NCBI GenBank assembly: GCA_965223265.1
Contig: OZ244999.1
Location: 3,904,001-3,968,000, forward strand
DNA from: Planctomycetota bacterium
GTDB lineage: Bacteria > Planctomycetota > UBA8108 > SXIK01
Length of the DNA: 64,000 bases
Reading direction: 5' to 3'
This document shows positions 56,533 through 64,000 of this stretch, in pieces. The notes beneath the pieces were generated by a model that searched no databases, was not told where the DNA came from, and saw nothing but the letters and a program-made list of their open reading frames with translations. Position numbers and translations under genes: made by a program. Every line of letters begins with the position of its first letter. Position 1 is the stretch's first letter.

Positions 56533-59217
56533 TCAGGGTGCCAGAAGAACGTTGAAGAGGAAGCGAAACGTACCAAAGGTCCAGCTGCGGTAATGCGGAC
56601 GAAAACCGCACAGCACCCAATCGCCTCGCCTGCCGGCCCCTGAGATGTGGAAGGCTACGGCTGTGCTATGAAGAGAGGCGCCGCTGAGTGCCAAACCAGC
56701 GGCCGTAGGTTTCTCTCCGTCAACGAGGAGAACTGCCTCGGCCACTTCGCTCGTTGGCGTACGATCCCGTGCTCTGTGGACGGCCTCGCTCCTCCAAACC
56801 GGCCCACGATCGTAGAGAACAATCGGCGCGGTCCCGACACCCCACAAAAGCGGCGAAGGAGCACTTTGATTCCGCTTGTCACGGTTGAACCGAGTGTTGA
56901 GCAGCGTCCCAGGGAAGGCGTCGGCTCCCACGTACAACTCCGAGACCGGCAACATCCCGAAGTTAGCAACCTTCGCGGCGGATCGTCCCATGGCGAAGAC
57001 GCGCGCTCCACGCGCCACGAGGCGCCGAAGCTCGACACCGAACGCGGGACCCACGCGCGTCGCGACATCGTCCGCGATGCAGACGACCTCTCGCGCGTCG
57101 GCTCTGATCGGCGCGCTTGAGAGACGATGCAAATCGCCGATGTCGACCGTTCGAAACCGAAAACGGTAATCCTCGAGCACGGCGCGTAGCCAGCCCTCGT
57201 CCTTGGCCGCGGCTTCACGAGTGACGACGACGACGTTCGGGTACTGAAACTTCACCAAATCGCCTGCGCGCCGCGGCTGGTCGAGGAGATCATCGTCGAT
57301 TTGAGAAACGTTGCAGCCGTCAGCGACGATCTCGCGAATCCAGCCGGAGTCGATTCGCGACAGGCACCAATCGCCGGCTCGCACCTGCGGCGTCACCTGC
57401 GACGAGCGCAGAAAGCGCTCAATGTGAACCCCGCGTTCCACCAGGTCGCTCAGGTGGCGGAAAAGGAAGAGACTGCGCTGGTCGACCACCCATGCGACCT
57501 CCGTTGATGCCGCGTGCGTCTCAGCAGGTGCGGACAACTCGCCAGACTCGACGAACTCGCTGCTCTCGACCGCGGCGCCGCTGCCGCCCCCATCCTGATC
57601 TGTTCGCCGGCGGGAGGGGAGCGCAGGAGTCGAAGCCCCCCCAGTGCTGGCGTCTACCGGGTTCTGTGCCAAGGAAGGCGGCGACACGCTCCCAGTGCCA
57701 TCGCCAGCTGTCGTTTGCCGCCCTTCGGGCGTCCCTCGTAGTGGCGCAGCCCTCACTGAACACCCAGTCAGCAGCGCCAGATTGTGGGCGCTCGTGTCGT
57801 AGGGAACATGATTGAACGTGCCGCGCCCAACCGTTCTCGACGCCGTTGGATAATCCTTGGTCGTCAGGAGCGACGCGCACCAACCACTCGCCCACGGCGG
57901 ATCATCAACTCGCCAGCGGCCGCGCGACAAACGCCGAACAGAAGCGCCGCCGCGCTGAAGAGCTCGCAGAAGTTCGGCGACCGCGCCGGGATCGGCCACA
58001 CCGCTCTCGACGATATATCCGCCACCCGGCTTGCGAGGTCGCCCCGTCTGAGACGGCAGTCGAGAGAAGCTCGCATCAGCCGCCGCGAGTCGAACCGCCA
58101 CTTCAATAGCGAGCGCTCCCAGTTCGCTCGCCTCCGCAAAGCTCCACACACCCCCAGGCCACGGCCTCGGGTGCTCCGGTGTCGCGTCGTTCCCGTCACG
58201 AAAGACCCAGAGCTCTTCTCCTCCGACTCGCGTCGCGTCGACCGAATTCGCGGAGGCAACTTCGATCAGAAACCTGACACCGCCGTGGTAGAAGGGATAG
58301 CCGCGCGCCGGCGACCAAGCATCATACGTCCATCGATGCGCGATTCCCGTGTGCCCCTGCTCAGTCAGCGACGTGGCGACGCGCCGGCCCAAATCTGCAG
58401 CGTAGGCCAGCAGTTCCTCTTCGATCGCGGGGTCGTTGGGTTCGGCATACGGCGGCACGAAGAGCCGCGGTCCATAGCGCCCCATCTGATGCACGTCGAT
58501 CGTCAGCGACGGGCGATACACATTGTGAACGCGTTCGATAATGCCGCGCACCTCGGGCTGTGTGCCAACAAGCCAATCCCGATTGAGATCGTGTCCACAG
58601 TAGCGATGTAAGAGCGGACGGGAGCGAGATCCTCGCATCCTCGAACGGATCCGTTCAGCAATGAGATCGGTGCCGTCAGGATTCAACGTCGGCACGACAA
58701 ACAGTACAACTCGCTCCAGGACCCCGGACGACCGTGAGTCTGGCGCGAGGAGACGCTCGACCCATGCAAAAAACGCCCCCGTCGAACTCACCTCTTCGGG
58801 ATGGATTCCGCACGTGACGAGAATCACCGGCGGCGTGGACTCTCGATCGCCGTGCAGCGCCCTAAGATTCCGTGGTGACGAGATGAGAAGCATCGGAACC
58901 GGACGTCCGTCTGTCGACAGGGCGACCGTCTTCACGTCGACGTCGTCGCGCGCTGCGATGGCGTCGCAGTAGAGCATCACCTGTCGCGTGTCAGCGACCG
59001 ACACTCGCGCGGGGTCGAACCCGAAGACCGCCTGCGGAGACAGCAATCGCGACGGCAGCTGTGCCTCGGCGGCGCCAGCGGCTGCGGTCGCTCCCACGAT
59101 CGCCGCGAGGAGGAGAGTGTTAGCTCGACTTTGGCCGTTTCGCGCCGGCCTGGCCGGACCAGTTTCAATGGAGTGCAATGCCGCAACGCGTTGTCGCAGA
59201 CAGCGTGAAAACGTCAT
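56533..59217 (-). CDS. M14-family zinc carboxypeptidase-like exported protein
   Basis: GIHPEE (HxxE), NPDG, DLNRD, DVHQMG; ATG overlaps the uvrA stop (ATGA). Confidence 0.85.
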   Translation of the reverse strand: MTFSRCLRQRVAALHSIETGPARPARNGQSRANTLLLAAIVGATAAAGAAEAQLPSRLLSPQAVFGFDPARVSVADTRQVMLYCDAIAARDDVDVKTVALSTDGRPVPMLLISSPRNLRALHGDRESTPPVILVTCGIHPEEVSSTGAFFAWVERLLAPDSRSSGVLERVVLFVVPTLNPDGTDLIAERIRSRMRGSRSRPLLHRYCGHDLNRDWLVGTQPEVRGIIERVHNVYRPSLTIDVHQMGRYGPRLFVPPYAEPNDPAIEEELLAYAADLGRRVATSLTEQGHTGIAHRWTYDAWSPARGYPFYHGGVRFLIEVASANSVDATRVGGEELWVFRDGNDATPEHPRPWPGGVWSFAEASELGALAIEVAVRLAAADASFSRLPSQTGRPRKPGGGYIVESGVADPGAVAELLRALQRGGASVRRLSRGRWRVDDPPWASGWCASLLTTKDYPTASRTVGRGTFNHVPYDTSAHNLALLTGCSVRAAPLRGTPEGRQTTAGDGTGSVSPPSLAQNPVDASTGGASTPALPSRRRTDQDGGGSGAAVESSEFVESGELSAPAETHAASTEVAWVVDQRSLFLFRHLSDLVERGVHIERFLRSSQVTPQVRAGDWCLSRIDSGWIREIVADGCNVSQIDDDLLDQPRRAGDLVKFQYPNVVVVTREAAAKDEGWLRAVLEDYRFRFRTVDIGDLHRLSSAPIRADAREVVCIADDVATRVGPAFGVELRRLVARGARVFAMGRSAAKVANFGMLPVSELYVGADAFPGTLLNTRFNRDKRNQSAPSPLLWGVGTAPIVLYDRGPVWRSEAVHRARDRTPTSEVAEAVLLVDGEKPTAAGLALSGASLHSTAVAFHISGAGRRGDWVLCGFRPHYRSWTFGTFRFLFNVLLAP

Positions 59218-62200
59218 CTCTCCGCCCCACCGCGCTGGTGACACAAGGATGAGCGGCCGGCACTCTCGGCCGCCAAAAACCGAGCCGTGGCGCTCGACGC
59301 CACTGTACCGATCTCCGTCGGCGGGCAGCTCGCGACGACCTCACCGCCTTCTTCTCCGGCGCCAGGGCCAAGATCGATCAGCCAGTCAGCAGATCTCAAG
59401 ACGTCAAGGTGGTGTTCGATAACAACGACCGTGTTCCCCTGATCGACCAGTCTCTGAAACACGTCCAGCAGCCGCGCCACGTCTTCCAAGTGCAGTCCAG
59501 TTGTTGGCTCATCGAGGATGTAGAGTACGTCCCCTGAGTTTCGGGCGGCGAGCTCCGTCGCGATTTTAACCCGCTGCGCCTCACCACCGGAGAGCATCTT
59601 CGCCGGCTGCCCCAGCCGTAGATAGCCCAAGCCAACGTCTTGGAGGCTCTGCAGAATCGACTGAATTCGCGGCTGATTTTCGAAGAACTCGAGTGCCTCG
59701 TCGACCTCCATGTCGAGGACATCTCCGACGGTCTTCCCCTTGAACTCAACTGAGAGCGTCTCGCTGTTGAAGCGTTTTCCGCGGCACGTTTCGCAAGGCA
59801 CCCAGATGTCCGAGAGAAAGTGCATTTCGACGAGTCGTGCGCCTTGACCGTCGCAGGCGCTGCACCGCCCCTCAGCGATGTTGAAACTGAATCGTCCCGG
59901 GCCGTAGCCTCGGACCTTGGAGGTCTGAAGCTGCGAGTAGAGCTCTCTGACATGGTCCCAAAGACCAGAGTACGTTGCGGCGTTCGAGCGCAGAGACCGC
60001 CCCAGCGGCCGTTGATCGACCTGGACAACACGGCGCAGCTGCTCGCCGCCCTCGACCTCGTCCACAACCCCATCAAGGGTGCCCAGAGACCGCGCCACCA
60101 ACCGCCGGGCGACGGGAGCAAGGACATCGAAAACGAGCGTCGACTTCCCCGATCCGGAGACACCGCTCACAGCCACGAGACGCTGCAGAGGCAAACTCAC
60201 TTCGACGTTCTTCAGGTTGCGGCGACGCACACCGCGTAGACGAATCCACTGCTCTGGCGACGAACGCTCGCGGAGACGAAACGCCTCCCGGCGGCCCGAA
60301 ATGAACGGCCCCGTCACCGAAGTTTCAGAAGTGACCAGGGCGTCTGGAGGTCCGTGGAAGGTCACCTCGCCACCGCCGCGCCCAGCGCCCGGGCCGAGCT
60401 CGATCACCAGATCGGCGGCGGCGATACAATCGCGGTCATGCTCGACGACGAGCACCGTGTTGCCAAGGTCGCGCAGTTGAAAAAGGGTCGTGATCAACCT
60501 CTCCGTGTCGGCTGGGTGGAGGCCAACGGTCGGCTCGTCCAACACGTAGATGACTCCTGCAAGTCGATGCCCGAGCTGTGACGCCAGGCGGATGCGCTGC
60601 GCTTCACCGCCCGAAAGCGTCCGCGCCTCGCGATCAAGGGTGATGTAGCCGAGACCGACGTCGACGAGAAACTCGAGACGATGCTGCAGCTCAGAGAGAA
60701 CCTGGTCGGCAACACTCGCTCGTACCGGAGTCAGCTCCAGTCGGCGCACGAACTCGAGGGCGTCCGCGATCGTCAACGCAGTGACGCCGTGCACATTGAG
60801 GCCGCCGAGCTGTACCGCCAGAATCTCCGGTCGCAGACGTCCGCCCCGACAAACCGAGCACGTTTCCTGATGAAAAAGATGCTGCAGCTTCGGTGCGTCG
60901 GCCCCGAGGGTCTCCAGCTGAGCGCCGCGCTCGAGACAGGACGCCAGGCCCTCCCACGCCACGTCGACTGTGACTCCGTTCTCCAGCGGCACCCTCACGA
61001 CCGGCACGTCGTCTCCAAAGAGAACCGCGCGTTTGTCTCCGTCGCCCCACTCGCGCAGTGGAGAGTCCTCGAGATGCCTCACCTTCAAGAGCTCCCGCAG
61101 CGCTTTCCAAACGGAAGGACGAGACGTGCGCAGGAACTCGAGAAACACAGGATCGGTGGCTTCCTGAAGCTTGTGACGGGGGTCGACGAAGAGCATTCCA
61201 ACGTCGACTCGATCTTCAAGGCCCAGCCCGCCGCAGCGCGTGCAAGCGCCCTGATGACTATTAAAAGAGAACATCCGCGGCGACAGTTCCGCGGTAAGCG
61301 AAAACCCGCAACGCGAACAACTCGGCCGCCGGAAATAGCGTTCGATCTCCTCGCCGGCGACCATGAGGCACGCCTCGCCGCTGCCCCAGCCGAACGCGGA
61401 CTCTAGCGACGCGGCCAATCGCGTCTGGTGTTTCACGTCGACGATCAAGCGATCGACGATCACGTGAACCTGCGATTCCGGTTCACCGTCCTCCGTCGTC
61501 TCGACCGCGTCGGCTCGTTCCCGCAGGAAAGACAAGAGTCGACGCACCGACACATCGCTTGCTTCATCCAGTCGCAGTTCCTCACCGATCCACAGACGCG
61601 TCAACCCGCCCTTAAGTAGCGACGAACAGAACGTCTCCACGTCACTCACCTGCGGGATCCCGCTGCGAGAGGGTGCCATCGGGATCGTTTGCGGTGCAAG
61701 TACGTAGAGTCGAGCACCGCCTCGGGTCGGGACGATCTCAGAGGCCAGTCGACTCGGCGTGGTCCAGTCGAGCGGCACTTCGCAGTGCGGACAGTGAGGC
61801 TCGCCAACGCGTGCGAACAGAATCCGCAAATAGTCATAGACCTCCGTTACGGTCGCCACGGTCGAACGGGGATTGCCACTCGAGTTGTGCTGATCAATCG
61901 CGATCGACGGGGCGAGACCTGACAGAGAGTCCACTGGCGGAGCAGGCGCTTGGCCGAGAAAGTGCCGCGCGTAGGTCGAAAGGCACTCGACGTATCTTCT
62001 TTGTCCTTCGGCAAAAATTGTGTCGATCGCGAGAGATGTCTTCCCCGAGCCCGACACGCCAGTGACGACGATCAGCTGGTCGTGGGGCAGATCGACGTCG
62101 ATGGCTTTGAGGTTGTGAAGGCGGCCACCACGCAGACAGATACTGCCTTGCCCGCCACCTGCGCGGCGACCATCATCATCCCGCGACACGCGGGGCTTCG

Positions 62201-64000
62201 CAGCTACTCGTCGCCCATCGCCCTCGCCGTCGCCAAAGAGTGTACGAAGAGCCGCGGCCGTGGGCGATTCACCCGCATGAGCGATCTCCTCGGGCGTCCC
62301 TTCGGCGACAAGCTCGCCACCCTCACCACCAGCCTCTGGGCCAAGATCGATCACATGATCGACGACCTTGATCACGTCGAGATTGTGCTCAATCACGATC
62401 GCTGTGTTGCCCCGGTCGACGAGATCTTGCAGTGCCTTGACCAGCTTGCTGATATCCTCGAAGTGGAGACCGACTGTCGGCTCGTCCAGGATATAGAGCG
62501 TGCGCCCAGTGTCGCGTCGACGCAGCTCAGCTGCCAGCTTGACGCGCTGAGCTTCGCCACCAGAGAGCGTCGTTGCCGGCTGCCCCAATGCAACGTAGCC
62601 GAGCCCAACTCGCTCGAGCTGCGAAATCGACCGGGCAATTTTCGGGTGATCAGAGAAAAACTCGTGCGCCTGAGAAACGGTCATCGACAAAACGTCGAAA
62701 ATCGTCTGCCCTCGGTAGCGAATCTCAAGCGTCTCACGGTTGTAGCGTCGGCCGCCGCAGACATCGCAAACGACCTCGACCGGAGCGAGAAACTGCATCT
62801 CGATGATCTTCACGCCGGCGCCTTCGCAGTCCAGGCATCGACCTTCACTCTTGTTGAAGCTGAACCGGCCCGGAGAGTAACCGCGCATGCGCGCCTCCGG
62901 AACCTTCGCAAAGAGGCTACGGATCTCGTCGAATGCCTTGACGTAGGTCGCAGGGTTCGAGCGCGGGCTTCTGCCGATCGGGCTCTGGTCGATGACCACC
63001 AGCTTGTCGATCTCTTGCGCTCCTTTGAGGCTTCGGAATGCTCCCGGCGCTGCATGTCGGTAGCCGAGATGTCGCCGCAGCGCTGGGTAGAGGACTTGGT
63101 TGATCAGCGAGCTCTTGCCGGAACCCGAGACGCCTGTGACGGCGACGAGACGTTCGAGAGGAAAGCGAACATCGATGTTCTTCAGGTTGTTGTGCTCGAC
63201 CCCATAGAGTTCGAGGAATCGTTCCGCCGCCCCGCGTCGCACGTCCGGAACCTCGATCGTTCGCCGTCGGCTAAGGTAGCTGCCGGTTAATGACTTCGGC
63301 TCGGCGATCAGGTCGTTCACCGTACCGGCGGCAACGATCTCACCGCCGAAGCGTCCGGCGCCAGGTCCGACGTCGATGAGGTAATCGGCCGTCTCCATCG
63401 TGTCGGCATCGTGCTCAACGACGACGACGGTGTTGTCCTGATCTCGCAGATGGCGAAGTGTCTCCAGCAGTCGAGCGTGGTCGCGGGTGTGGAGGCCGAT
63501 CGAAGGCTCATCGAGTACGTAAAGCACCCCGCGCAGTCCCGCGCCGACCTGGCTGGCGAGACGAATCCGTTGCCCCTCGCCGCCCGAGAGCGTCGCAGCA
63601 CTGCGTGAGAGGGACAAATAGCCAAGACCAACATGCTCGAGATACCGCAGCCGCGACAGCAGAGCAGCTTGAATCGGCTGCGCGACGGCCGCGTCAGACT
63701 GAGCGTCGAAACTGATCTCTTCGAGCCAAACCCGCAGCGCACCGACCGGCAAGGTCGAGAGCTCGTCGATCGTGCGCCCCTCGAGCACAACCGCACGCGC
63801 TGCGGCGCAAAGCCTTGAACCGCGGCAGTTGGGACACGTGACCTGCCGCACATAGGACTTAGCCCAAGCGCTGTCACGCGTGTCGATCACATCCTCGAGA
63901 GCGTGCATCCAGCCGCGAAAGTCACCCTCACCCCGCAGGACCGCGCGCTGCGCCTCCGGTGAAAGATCCGCCCAACTTGACTCCAACCCGAAACCATATT
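59214..64000 (-). CDS. uvrA: Excinuclease ABC subunit A, tandem-duplicated form (5' end outside window)
   Basis: Four LSGGE.QR + LDEP signatures, three GVSGSGK Walker A motifs in view, and CxxC zinc fingers; the frame stays open to the window edge. Confidence 0.95.
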   Translation of the reverse strand, partial: YGFGLESSWADLSPEAQRAVLRGEGDFRGWMHALEDVIDTRDSAWAKSYVRQVTCPNCRGSRLCAAARAVVLEGRTIDELSTLPVGALRVWLEEISFDAQSDAAVAQPIQAALLSRLRYLEHVGLGYLSLSRSAATLSGGEGQRIRLASQVGAGLRGVLYVLDEPSIGLHTRDHARLLETLRHLRDQDNTVVVVEHDADTMETADYLIDVGPGAGRFGGEIVAAGTVNDLIAEPKSLTGSYLSRRRTIEVPDVRRGAAERFLELYGVEHNNLKNIDVRFPLERLVAVTGVSGSGKSSLINQVLYPALRRHLGYRHAAPGAFRSLKGAQEIDKLVVIDQSPIGRSPRSNPATYVKAFDEIRSLFAKVPEARMRGYSPGRFSFNKSEGRCLDCEGAGVKIIEMQFLAPVEVVCDVCGGRRYNRETLEIRYRGQTIFDVLSMTVSQAHEFFSDHPKIARSISQLERVGLGYVALGQPATTLSGGEAQRVKLAAELRRRDTGRTLYILDEPTVGLHFEDISKLVKALQDLVDRGNTAIVIEHNLDVIKVVDHVIDLGPEAGGEGGELVAEGTPEEIAHAGESPTAAALRTLFGDGEGDGRRVAAKPRVSRDDDGRRAGGGQGSICLRGGRLHNLKAIDVDLPHDQLIVVTGVSGSGKTSLAIDTIFAEGQRRYVECLSTYARHFLGQAPAPPVDSLSGLAPSIAIDQHNSSGNPRSTVATVTEVYDYLRILFARVGEPHCPHCEVPLDWTTPSRLASEIVPTRGGARLYVLAPQTIPMAPSRSGIPQVSDVETFCSSLLKGGLTRLWIGEELRLDEASDVSVRRLLSFLRERADAVETTEDGEPESQVHVIVDRLIVDVKHQTRLAASLESAFGWGSGEACLMVAGEEIERYFRRPSCSRCGFSLTAELSPRMFSFNSHQGACTRCGGLGLEDRVDVGMLFVDPRHKLQEATDPVFLEFLRTSRPSVWKALRELLKVRHLEDSPLREWGDGDKRAVLFGDDVPVVRVPLENGVTVDVAWEGLASCLERGAQLETLGADAPKLQHLFHQETCSVCRGGRLRPEILAVQLGGLNVHGVTALTIADALEFVRRLELTPVRASVADQVLSELQHRLEFLVDVGLGYITLDREARTLSGGEAQRIRLASQLGHRLAGVIYVLDEPTVGLHPADTERLITTLFQLRDLGNTVLVVEHDRDCIAAADLVIELGPGAGRGGGEVTFHGPPDALVTSETSVTGPFISGRREAFRLRERSSPEQWIRLRGVRRRNLKNVEVSLPLQRLVAVSGVSGSGKSTLVFDVLAPVARRLVARSLGTLDGVVDEVEGGEQLRRVVQVDQRPLGRSLRSNAATYSGLWDHVRELYSQLQTSKVRGYGPGRFSFNIAEGRCSACDGQGARLVEMHFLSDIWVPCETCRGKRFNSETLSVEFKGKTVGDVLDMEVDEALEFFENQPRIQSILQSLQDVGLGYLRLGQPAKMLSGGEAQRVKIATELAARNSGDVLYILDEPTTGLHLEDVARLLDVFQRLVDQGNTVVVIEHHLDVLRSADWLIDLGPGAGEEGGEVVASCPPTEIGTVASSATARFLAAESAGRSSLCHQRGGAER

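Overview
GC-rich bacterial chromosomal window, most consistent with a deep-branching Planctomycetota (inferred from planctomycete-type dockerin repeats, an ASPIC/UnbV protein, an AroD-AroE fusion, a tandem-duplicated UvrA, large Ser/Thr kinases and lpxD). It is mostly housekeeping and envelope genes: rsmG, a ClpX-like ATPase, lpxD, PPi-PFK, gmd, uppP, a complete mreBCD-mrdA-rodA cluster, ribE, aroDE and uvrA. I found no rRNA, tRNA, CRISPR array or transposase. The ORF track misses two things. (1) A lipoprotein thioredoxin at 307-717 has an in-frame TGA in a W-U-G-A-C active site followed by a SECIS-like hairpin, so it is a probable selenoprotein. (2) Four ORF-free, hairpin-rich, terminator-ended segments (about 16.41-16.62, 16.77-16.97, 18.83-18.92 and 42.64-42.79 kb) look like small RNAs. 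Two of them lie behind sigma-54 -24/-12 promoters near a 1776-aa kinase/sigma-54 activator. Three carry anti-Shine-Dalgarno/anti-AUG tracts just before their terminators. The 18.8 kb RNA is complementary to the 16.9 kb RNA over 34 of 35 nt, including G:U wobbles. I infer a possible sigma-54-controlled sRNA/sponge-RNA circuit around a secreted dockerin-domain gene; this is a hypothesis from sequence only. All family assignments come from motif recognition by eye, not database searches.
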